From NCBI GenBank assembly GCA_907165135.1, contig OU015568.1, positions 16,007,208 through 16,071,207 on the forward strand: 64,000 bases of DNA. Direction: 5' to 3'. Both the position numbers and the translations under genes were made by a program. This DNA is from Oikopleura dioica (Eukaryota; Animalia; Chordata). Below the pieces are notes generated by a model. It saw only the letters and a list, made by a program, of their open reading frames with translations. It ran no database searches and was not told the origin of the DNA. This document shows positions 1 through 10,039 of this stretch, piece by piece (the first letter of the stretch is position 1; each line of letters opens with the position of its first letter).

Positions 1-253
1 TGTTTTTGAGGAGAGTCACTTGACCGTTTCGGCGTTCAAAGAAGAAGCGGCGGTCTGTGTTCGACAGCATGTCGGGAATCGATTCATTGAGCAGGAGTAG
101 CACGGTGTCTTTCGTCATTCCATTCGGCACGAAGTTTTTGTATCTCTTGCAGATTAGGTAGAGTTCGAATTTGTCCAGGTGCTCGACGGTTTTGGAGTAT
201 TTATCTGGTTGAGCGGTCATCTTCGGGGGAATTTCGGGGGGTGTTTGGGTCAT
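1..253 (-). CDS. Retroelement ORF1 (gag-like), N-terminal 84 codons, partial
   Basis: Manual translation MTQTPPEIPPKMTAQPDKYSKTVEHLDKFELYLICKRYKNFVPNGMTKDTVLLLLNESIPDMLSNTDRRFFFERRNGQVTLLKN, with no stop. It is absent from the ORF track because it runs off the edge. The gag call rests on position after the PBS only. Confidence 0.6.
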   Translation of the reverse strand, partial: MTQTPPEIPPKMTAQPDKYSKTVEHLDKFELYLICKRYKNFVPNGMTKDTVLLLLNESIPDMLSNTDRRFFFERRNGQVTLLKN

Positions 254-531
254 ATACGTAGGTTCGGGGGTAGATTAGGTGTTACTTCAGGCACCAAATT
301 ATGTTGGTGACTTGCTATCTGCGAATAAGGAGACTTGGGACAAAAGGGTCTCTTGAATAGTTCGTTTATTGGCGTATGGCGAACTGAAGTAGCAGAATGT
401 GATTTGGGAGCGGTTAAATACGGAAAAGGAGTGAGTCATGTGTAACGAGGCGGGAAAGTGGGAATGTACGGGAAGTGTTACATGTCAGTAATGATGGATC
501 AGGCAATAAACAAGATAGGCAAGACACTACA
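1..531 (-). mobile_element. 5' end of an LTR retrotransposon (LTR + PBS + start of first ORF), truncated by the window edge; probably Ty3/gypsy-like (Tor-type)
   Basis: On the minus strand a ~230-bp LTR (531->302) is bounded by TGTAGTG...CACCAACA and contains TATTTAA (420-414) and AATAAA (370-365). A 5-nt spacer follows, then PBS-like TGGTGCCTGAAG (296-285), then an ATG at 253 opening a stop-free frame to position 1. The second LTR and pol are outside the window. Confidence 0.75.
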
Positions 532-565
532 ACGTGAGTTTGAAAAGAATTAATTGATTAATTAC

Positions 566-852
566 CTCTTTCATCTTAGGCACCGGTTGCGTATCCCAGA
601 ACGCCCACATTGTCTTGGGCATTTCGACGCCTTGACTCTTTGCTAAGTTGAGCATTTGGAGCTGTTGGGAGAGGAATGCCTGCCGAGCGTCCGGAGTTCC
701 TAGATCCGGTGGAGTGGCTCCGCTCGCCGCCGCTAAAAATCAATACTCAACCCATCAAGAGTTCGAGATAATAGATCACCTTTTTCTTTCGCTTCCGCGG
801 CTAACTTCGCAACCTGGGCGGCGATATCTGCATCCGATTGACCGTTTGTCAT
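566..852 (-). CDS. NMT1: N-myristoyltransferase, first two exons (852-780, 732-566); remainder lies beyond the retroelement, outside the window
   Basis: Spliced translation MTNGQSDADIAAQVAKLAAEAKEK/AAASG...MPKTMWAFWDTQPVPKMKE. FWDTQPVPK is the conserved NMT N-terminal motif. GT-AG intron 779-733; next donor at 565. Confidence 0.85.
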
Positions 853-892
853 TCTTAAAGCGGTAATATTAGATGATGAAGTGGAAGTTCAG

Positions 893-1938
893 TCAATTCA
901 CTTGGCGTATATTCAAATTAATGCGCGCTTGCTTTAGATATTCTAACACAGCTGGATTCTCGACTACAGTCAGCTTATTTTCATAATTCTCGTTGAGTTT
1001 TACTGCTCGTTCAAGGTCAAGAACGCGTGGCACAGCATGAAGAGCTTGACGGTCCTTCCCATCCATTATAAAGACATCGCCGTGCTCTTGAAAAAAATTT
1101 TGTAAGAAAAAGAACGATGAATAAATTATTCAGAATAATCCAACTTACCGAGGAGTATCTCATGGCAGGGGTCTTCGCGTGTCCCTTTCCCAAGAAGAAA
1201 CACAGCCGGAAGGCCAAGACTGACGGAAACAATAGGATGGTGGCAATACTCCGAATCATCGCTATGAATGCCAATCGTACCAATATTTGCGGGGTAATAA
1301 TTACAGATCGAAGCTTCAGCATTCAACATCGGCGTGATTTGAAATGATTTCGAAATTTCCTCCGCCAGAGTTTTCAGTAATTCCGGAACACTTCCACGGC
1401 TTTCAGCTTCCTTGCCGTATTCTCTCGAGTCCCAATTATGATGATAGCCGAGAGTAGTCCATCTCAATGCCTTGAGGCCGCTTTTGGTAAGGTTTCTTTC
1501 TTCAATGAACTTGTCCAAATAAGGGCTGACATCTTGTCCCAGCTTTGACAAATTGGACTTTGCGTCGGATCGCCGGGGAAACTCAAAGAGCGCTGCTTTC
1601 GCCAGTTTCGCAATAAAGGCATCTGACAAATACTGTTTCGCGAGGAAAGCGCCGGAGGACATCTCATAAACCCTGTATTCTGCTTTGGAAATTGCGCTCG
1701 CGATCGATTCACGGGTACTTTACAAGGGGATATCAAAAGCAAAATGGTGTTAAAAAAGGAAAACGAGCATTTCATGGTGGCGGTTCAAGATCCCTGACAA
1801 AGTGAATCCGTTTTGTAAAGAGTGGAAGTCCGGTTCTTCTTTTTTCTGCTTGAAATAGCGGAAGCGCTCGCGAATAGACATTAATTTCTTTTTATTTTCC
1901 GCACAGTCATTTGATTCATTTTCATTCGTTCGTTTCAT
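893..1938 (-). CDS. ALKBH1: AlkB-family Fe(II)/2OG dioxygenase, ALKBH1-like, paralog A (3 exons)
   Basis: LRWTTLGYHHNWD, EASICNYY, HSDDSE (HxD), LHAVPR and RINLNIRQV. Last intron 1148-1087; stop at 895-893. Confidence 0.88.
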
Positions 1939-1973
1939 TCTACAGAAATGAATCGCTATTTCGTTTGGCGTTT

Positions 1974-2999
1974 TTAGTTTTTACACTGTCTCAGAGAAAT
2001 GTTTATTCTTGACTGCCGAAGATAGGCATCAAGGCGACTATTATCTGAAGCCGAAAGAGGCTCAACTCCAGTAGTATCTTCAAATGATAGAATTCTAGGA
2101 ACAGCATGGAACGCGCTTCTGTCTGGTCCATCCAAGATGCACAAGTCTCCATGTTCTTTACAAATATTAAAGGGGATCGGAAGCGCGTTAATTTACCTAA
2201 GAAAACTTCGTAACCTTCTTCATCCCTTTCTCCTTTTCCAATTTGAAAGAGCCCTGGGCACCCGAGCGAGATCGTCATAATTGGGGCAATTTGGTAGTCT
2301 TAATTTTAATGTGGATTTATCTTCACCTAAGTCAGCTCACCAATATCATCTCTGTGGATACCAATCGACGAGTTATTCGCTGGATAAAAATTGATTATAC
2401 TCGCATCCAGGCGAAAATCAAAGCCAAGGACACGGCCTATCGTTTCGCCCACTTCTTCAAGTAGTTTTGGGATGGATGAAGCTCCCTCGATTGAGCCAGG
2501 AACAGTCTCGAGCCAGTTATGATGTCGACCAAGAGTCACCCAGCGAAGCTCCTTGAGTGGATGTTTCTTCAGTTAGGATTCGGCATTTTTATTCACACGG
2601 ATTTTTCTAGACTCAAGTGGATCCGAGACCTTGCTTCAAGATGTCATCAGCTGACCAGTTGACAATCTTGTCGGTCAATGTTCGTCCGACGTTGATTAGA
2701 TTGTTTCTTCCGACTTCGGTTTTAGTGTACTCAAATAGCGCTTCTTCGCCAAGTCTTTGAAGAAGCTTCTTTGAAAACAGGTTTTTACAAATGAGAAGTC
2801 CACTTTTCGTTTGAAGAACTTTTACTCCGCTGGAGTTGATCATCCAGGAATCTACATTCGTATCGATTATTTTCTGCTGAAAATCAGGGGCGTTCAACTT
2901 CGAGAAATCCGGTTTGATGTCTTTTCTTTTGAAGTATTTGAAGCGAGCATGGAGCGAGTCAGCTGGCGCATTTTCCAAGTCGCAGTTTTTTCCCGCCAT
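1974..2999 (-). CDS. ALKBH1: AlkB-family dioxygenase, ALKBH1-like, paralog B (4 exons)
   Basis: LRWVTLGRHHNW, DASIINFY, HRDD (HxD), FHAVPR and RINISLRQ. N-terminal RFKYFKRK...PDF matches paralog A RFRYFKQK...PDF. Shares the last intron position (L/EHGD) with paralog A. Confidence 0.85.
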
Positions 3000-3454
3000 G
3001 CAGACTCCACTTCGCTTTTCTGTGTTTTTACTGTTTCCAGTATTGTAATACAGTCGTTCGGGATCAAGCGCAGTTATCATTCTGAACATTCAAAATGTAA
3101 CACGTGATGGAGAACATATTTCACAATGAGGTCTCGTTCAAAAAGATAAACCTGTCTTAACTGTAACCATGGTACACTTTCTTTGTTTTTATAGTTGATA
3201 TCAGGTTCTGATATCGAAAATCAAAATGGCTGTTGTGAGAAATAATAGATAGACTTTGAGCTATGAAAGTTTTTTTTATAATTCAAAAGTGAACAGAGGA
3301 TGGGCAGCTCAAACGACTCAAATGTTCTCCTTCGTAACACATGTATCCAGTCGTTTCAGAGATAGGAACATTTTTTTCAATCAGAAGATATAGGCGAGGA
3401 TCGAAATCAATTGATGCTATTTTTTTAAATAACTTATAAGAAATTGGCTTCTTG

Positions 3455-6303
3455 TTATTGACTCAGTTGTGGATAAGTTGCGTCGCCCTTGTTTAATACG
3501 ACCTCTTTTATTGCCGTGACGAGTTCCAAAAAGTCTTTCCGCGAGCTTTGAGTGTTCTAAAATAAGATAAAGATGTGTTTTTGAAGAAGATAAAATACCT
3601 GAAGAGTTTGGAAAAGATCTCTAAATTTAACGGTATTAAACTGCTCCGTGAGTCCAATACTTTCAGGCGCCTGTCCTGTCAGTCTCGTAAATTCAGCTAT
3701 TGTTATATGAGGATGAGCGACGAAGAATCGTTGGCAAATATCGCTATCTGAAGGTGCCAGTACGCCTCCTTGCTCTTGGCTGCTTTGTCTGAACATTTCT
3801 TTGACCTCGCGCTCGCCGCGACGCTTTTTCTTGCTCCACATCTCGTGGCAGTCTTGGTGCTTCGGCAGATTGGGAGGGACGACCTTGGTCTTGTCGAATC
3901 CGGTCAGCCAACCGTGCTTGAGCGAGTCGGCCGTTGAAATTCGTTTTTTAGGATCGAGCGTTAACATCTCGTCCAAAAGGTCTGAATCATCGGTTAAAAA
4001 TTGTTTACATTGAAACGAGCCATACTTAAGGCTAGTTGTGGAATCATCGTGTACTCCTCCCTCAGGCGTCTCCTGTAGTTCTTCTTGGGCTTTATAGTAT
4101 GAAAAAATCTAAGATCGATGACTTCTGGCCACGTCATTGGATTTGGCGTTCCGCAGACGCGAGCAATAGCTTCCAGCTGAAGTGACTCTCTGTCCGCTTG
4201 AAACAGAGGCTTTTTCGTAAAGAGCTCTCCCAACACGCATCCACAGGACCAGACATCGACGGCGGGTGTATAGCGCTCTTCTCCGAGAAGAAGTTCAGGT
4301 GCACGATACCATAACGTGATGACTCTTTTTAAAAAGTTTTAGCCGAGAAAAAGAATATGGGCTCGAACCTGTTGGTGTAACGCCTTTGGTCTCTCGGGTC
4401 CATGAAACGAGCAAGACCGAAATCGGCGAGCTTTATTTCACCCTTGTTGTTTAACAGAATATTTGAACACTTGATGTCGCGATGCAGGAAATTATTGTTG
4501 TGGCAGTAGCTTAGGGCATCAAGCAATTGAAACATAAAAAGCTTCACGTGTTCTTCTGTTAAATCGACCAATCCAGAGTCAAGAACGCCCATCAAGTCGT
4601 GGTCCATGTAATCAAAGACGAGATAGAACGCGCCCTATGATGAATCGTTGGCTTATGAAGAAAGAAACTCGACTTTACCTTCCACTTTCTATAATCAGCA
4701 GCATCAAGCTTGTCAGTAACGATCTCTCGAAGTTTAATAATATTTTCATGATTGTCCAATTGGCGCAAGATTTTAATTTCACGAACTGTTGTCACTGGGA
4801 AGCCTTCTTTCTCCTTCTCCAGACGGACTTTTTTCAGCGCATAGATCTGGTTTGATCGTTTGTCTTTCGCTTTGTAAACCATGCCAAAAGTTCCTTCGCC
4901 GATAATGTCCATGATCTTGAGTTCGACTTTAGTAAAGGAACAGATAGAAACGCTACCTCATAGTTTTCAACGAATAAACTTCCCCAGTCTTGCACATTGG
5001 CGACTTGATGCCATCGTTTGCCGCACAATCTCGGCTTGCGGATTTCTGGAACTGGCGCCACAACGGGCGTTGATGGAGCAGTCGTAGGCGCTTTGGGTAG
5101 GGGTAAATCGTGCACTAGAGAGATCGGCCCTTTCGCGAGCGATTTCCTCCTTTCGTTTGGTTTCGGCAGTTTTTGGTCGACATTATTTTGCGCTTCGCTG
5201 GAAAGTCGTGGAGTCGGCAAAGCTGGGCTAGAAAAAGGTTCAAGATTGAGTTAGTTTTGCGAAACTTACGTTTCTTCAGTTGTGTCTGGATTATACTCTG
5301 GGATCTCGGCAGCAATTTGATATTCGACAGAATCATTTTTATTTACACCGTCCGACTCTGGAATATCATTCTGCAAACTCGCTTTGGACTTGTCATTACT
5401 TGCACCGTTCTCTTCAGACTGACCATTTTCGGAAACTTTTCCATTTTTGACCGTTTCCTGAGAAGATTCCTCCTGGGATGACTTTGTGATAGGTTTGTCC
5501 TGAGAATCAAGCTGTTTTTCTAGGAGATCGTCAACTTCGGTCTCTTGTTCTGCTCTATTGGCGTCTAGTTCGTCATCCGACTGGCTGTCTCTTGAACGGC
5601 GCTTTTCTTTTTTATGTTTTTTCTTCTTTTCTTTTTTCTCCTTTTTCTTTTTATCTTTCTTCTTTTTCTTTTTCCGCTCTCGGTCTGAGAAATCGTCGGA
5701 GTCCGATAGTTCTCTTCTTAGCTGTCTCCGGAATTCATCTGCCTTTGATTTGTCTTAAAAACTGTTAGACATTGTTTTGTCGAAGGTAATTTTACTTGAA
5801 TGATTGAATTGATCGTGAATGGAGTCATATCGACGAGGAGAAGAAGATCTTCTCTTCTTCTTGCGTCGAGGAGGGGAGCGAGAACGCGAGTGCGATCCTC
5901 TGCGTTCTAGAACTACACCAGACCTTCGATGACGCGACCTATCGTCGTAGCCGCGCTCATCTTCCCGATAGCGGTCGTCATCGCGATACCGTCGATCTCT
6001 ACTCAATTTGTTTATTTTTCTGCTTTACGAAAGCCTCAACCTTGATCGGCGCCTGTCTCTGCTTCTGTCCCGATCTCGATGATCCCGATCGTCATCGTCA
6101 ATGACCCTCGTCAGAAGCGGTTTCTTCCTTGCCGACGAGGGGCTTTTCGGAACCTCCCGCCTTATTGAAACTACGCGCCTGTCTGAGCTCCCCTTTCTCG
6201 TGCGCTGAAAGAAATTGTACTGTGTACATTACTCTGCAGTGATTACAGTGATAACTACCCGCTGCGGCGAAGAGTCGGAGTCAGAGTATGGAACGGGACC
6301 CAT
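3455..6303 (-). CDS. CDK12: Cyclin-dependent kinase 12/13 with N-terminal RS-rich region (multi-exon)
   Basis: [55 protein letters not shown] and the C-terminal [17 protein letters not shown] extension typical of CDK12/13; RS/RD-rich N-terminus. CDK12 versus CDK13 is not resolved; start and stop exons are inferred. Confidence 0.88.
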
Positions 6304-6488
6304 TTGCACGGCGGCACTTGTCAAAGCATTTTATCAGTGTTTGAGGAAGTCTCTTAAGCTAGTCAAGTTTATTCTTTGCTGAGAAGGAACTCTGGACATT
6401 TATTATTGCTTTTATATACAGGATTATTATTATTTCAAGTTGTCTATTGTGCAAGAATGATGAGAATGATTTAGTACAGTCGGAAATG

Positions 6489-7027
6489 TTAGTCTTCATC
6501 TTCCTCCTCATCGTCATCTTCTTCCATCATCTGTCGTGCTCGAGCCATTGCTTCCTTCATGTTGTAATGATTCGCGCGAAGGCTTTTAAACTTGTTCTAA
6601 AGAAAACTATTATGCGAGGATTAGATAATTCAATACCTTTTTCTCGAGCTCAGCAGGTGTCAGGTCATCATCGCTGTCCGGATCTTGCATGACTTTTGGC
6701 AGCTTACCATCGTTGAGACGACTCATCAGGTCGTCTTCGTTTAGCATGTCACTTGTAACGGGATTTTCAGGGTCATGGTAGGGAGTCTTGGGCTCATCAA
6801 TTTTCATATGGCTTTCGAAAGGAACTTGACATTTTTCAAGGAACAGTCGCTATTTACCCGTAATCTTTGTCAGCTGGGTGATAAGTTGCTCTAACATTCT
6901 CCTCGTCGTAGACTGCGTTCCCTTTTGGCGTAGACTTTGCGCCAGGCTTTTTCAATATCGATTTTTTCGCAGGCGGGAGGCTGCTTGTTGAAGCTCTTGA
7001 CGAAGTGGAAAGCTCGTCGACTTCCAT
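6489..7027 (-). CDS. PPP1R2: Protein phosphatase 1 inhibitor-2 (3 exons)
   Basis: KSILKK (SILK motif), DEENVRATYHPADKDYG, MKIDEPKTPY, and HYNMKEAMARARQMM followed by an acidic tail. Confidence 0.9.
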
Positions 7028-7502
7028 GATCTTAAAAAAACCGTTGAAAATAAATTTTATAAAAAGTGAATATATATAAGTGCAGGCAAAAGAAACTATC
7101 AGTGATACACAGTTGAATGCAAAAGTGAAAGTGCCTCTTTCATGGGCAAAAAAAGACTAGTGAATAATTTCGTAGAACCGATGCTCTGTGTCTTTTATTC
7201 AGTAGTTTGTGAGATGAAATTACCGGCACCAGAAAATAAGTCTGCTTGAACGAAGGTCAGGGAAAGAAGAAAAGTATCAATTAAATAGATTAAAGCATTG
7301 TCTCCTGATGAGCGCGGATTTGAATTGAAAAAATTAATATAGTGCTAATGGAGATGCCCAACAGGAAAAATGCTGCCAAATGCAATCAAAAAACACCTTG
7401 AAAAAAAAGGAAGAGGAAAATGAATTAGTTTCAATGGATGAATGTATCTATTAGTATTATGAATGCTTTGCGGAAATCTTTGCGCGGAACTGCAAAATAA
7501 AA

Positions 7503-8096
7503 TTAGGACTCGGATTTCTTTGTGCCGCGCAGTAGTGGGACTTCTGGGAGGGAGCGATTAACGTCGGTAATCAAGGGAAACATCTGCTTGTCGTTTATGA
7601 AGCTCTCCAGGATCGCTTTTGAGATGTTGGCTGAATGAATCATTAATTCAATCAGAGAAATTGCAGAGAGAAGAAATTGAACTTACAGCCTTTATTTTTA
7701 GTTCGCCACTGTTCATCTCTTTTCGCAACCCGTAGATGCAGCCGATCCATGAGAACATCCTGTCCCAATCCCGGAATTCGACCAGCTTTTGTCAAAAACG
7801 GCGTTGCCTCCCCAATCGATTCCTTCAAAAAAAATGAGCCACTTTTTATCATCCAAACTAACCTTTCTATGTCCGAATGCGTCCGGCGTCTCTGTAGCTT
7901 TTTTCTTTCCCGTGACTCGTAAAACGCTCTTTCTGTTGTCAGATAAAATGCTGCTCATTCTTTCGGATCTTCGCTTCCGCGGCCGCTTTGCCGGTGGAAC
8001 ACGAGGAATCGTCACTCGTCCTGTTTCATCTTTTGCCTCTTCAGAACCTTTCTCAACCTCCTTTTCAATCTCTTTGGATCCGCTTTCGCTCGCCAT
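7503..8096 (-). CDS. Orphan ~170-aa protein, basic NLS-like N-half, 3 exons
   Basis: ATG preceded by TGTAG-A. In-frame GT-AG joins give ...PPAKRPRKRRSER...FGHRK/ESIGEATPF...KNKG/..NISKAILESFINDKQMFPLI...KKSES*. No family recognised. Confidence 0.6.
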
Positions 8097-8244
8097 TCTA
8101 CAGTGATTAAAAGTTGATGAGCGGGGTTACAAAAAGAAAATTTTATTGAGACTTCTAATTTGGCAGACTCGTCAATAGTTGTAGAAAAAATAAAAACTCA
8201 AGTAACGGAGTGTAGGAATGTGGCGATTTGAAAAGAAAAAAAAG

Positions 8245-9440
8245 TTAGTTCTGAATCGGGCGACGCTCGTGAAGGGCTGTTCGCACTTCCCAAGCGAGTG
8301 CTCTTCGCTTCTTTGTTGTTGGAACGACGTAATCTGTCGTGATCTTGCGACGGGGCAACACTGGTTCTGGGTCTTTCTGGGACATGATCTTCCTTACAGC
8401 CTGTCTCTCCTAGCAATCATTTGGCAAAAATGATCTATAAAAGTCCAAACCTTATTCCACTCCCCCGTTGGTAATTTGAATTTTCCCCAATCGTCTCGAT
8501 ACTTCTGGAAGAGCTCTACCGGCCCATCTTTCCGGCCCGTTTTGAAGTGAGGCTTGAGAAAAGCAGGCGCGTTCGAGCCTCTTTCGCCGTCCCAGTATCC
8601 ATCGTTCCTTGGAGCAGGCGGTGCGGTCTGCGGCCTTGCGTAAATTGGAGTATGGTCTTGATTATCATCAAATCGCACTTTTGATATCTAATATACAGCT
8701 ATAAAAGCTGCTAACAAGTGAGTTCCAACCTTTTTAATCGCTGTTTGTGGCCTGCTGGGTTCGATTTCACTGTTCTGTCTTCTGATATTAATTTTGAGTC
8801 GATCTAGTCTATCTCGTAACTCGGAGTCGATTGTGGAAATGCTCATCAATGATTGAGTATCGTAATTATTCGTATTATCCCGTTCAATGGAGACGATAGA
8901 GTCGTTCGGTCGCACCGATTCGATTACAGAGACGAAGCTTTCGCCATCGTTGCTTTTTCGGAGAACTTTTCTGGTTATTTTTGAAACCGGCGCTGTTCGG
9001 AAAAACGACTCTGAAATCGACGAACTTGATGTTGAAACAATGCTGCTTGCGTCGGAGTCCGAGTGTTGACCGGCGCGATGCTGGTTTGGATGAATTTTTG
9101 GTAGCGAGATGTATTCCGTAGCATCGGTTATATCCAAGAACGAGTCGCCTGTTGTCTTGGGAAGTGTTATTTTACGATTATTGAAAAGCGGAAATACCTG
9201 TAAATCATAATCTAAAGGCTTTGGGTCGGCTGAATTATCGTCTGCTAAAAAGAAACTTCTCACGTGTATCTTATTCATAAACTCACCCGACAAAAGCCTT
9301 GAAATATCAGAATGAAACTGCTCTAGCCTCTCCTCCCCCACGTCACCATATCCGAGAGCGGCCAGCTGCGCCTTTATTTCTTCTAGTGAAAAACTTGCTG
9401 AGTCATTCGATACCATTCTAGAGCAGGAGACACTCATCAT
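8245..9440 (-). CDS. HYLS1: Hydrolethalus syndrome protein 1 (centriole/basal body)
   Basis: N-terminal EEIKAQLAALGY, central RKVLRKSNDGE, and the C-terminal HYLS1 box ...PVELFQKYRDDWGKFKLPTGE...YVVPTTKKRRALAWEVR. Confidence 0.85.
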
Positions 9441-10039
9441 CTTTGATTTAAATGAAGCCAATAACTTTATTGAAAACAAACTCAGGTAAAATCTCTTGGA
9501 TTCGGGACGGAATGTAGCGGAACACTTGCCTAACACGAAATATATTCAATTTACAACAAAAAACGGGACATGACTATCTTTGATGCATGTTCTGTCGATG
9601 TCTGTTAGAATAATTGAAATTTATTTCATTGCACAGCTGAACTATACGAATAGAAGCTTGGAAGAATTTTTGCTAAGTAGATAGATGCTGCTTTTTATGG
9701 GATAGAACACATGTAAATTGACTCCTTCAAGGAAGTCTTGTTGATTAGTAACTGCTTTTTTGCCGTTTATATTTTTGAATTCCGTTACTTTAGTTTATTT
9801 GTTAGCAATTAAACTTTACGGTGTGTAAACATGGGGGTGAATGATGGCTGTAGAAAATATACACAGAGTGATGAAGTGAAACAGTGAGTAGTGAAATTAT
9901 TAAGAATTAAACTCACTTCCCTGTTGTCACACACAAAGATATACAAAAAATAGAAAAAGGAACAAATGAATTTGAAAAACGAAGATCTTAGTGTACGGCA
10001 ATGGGAAAGCGTGTATTGTATTGGTGAAAAATGGAACTT

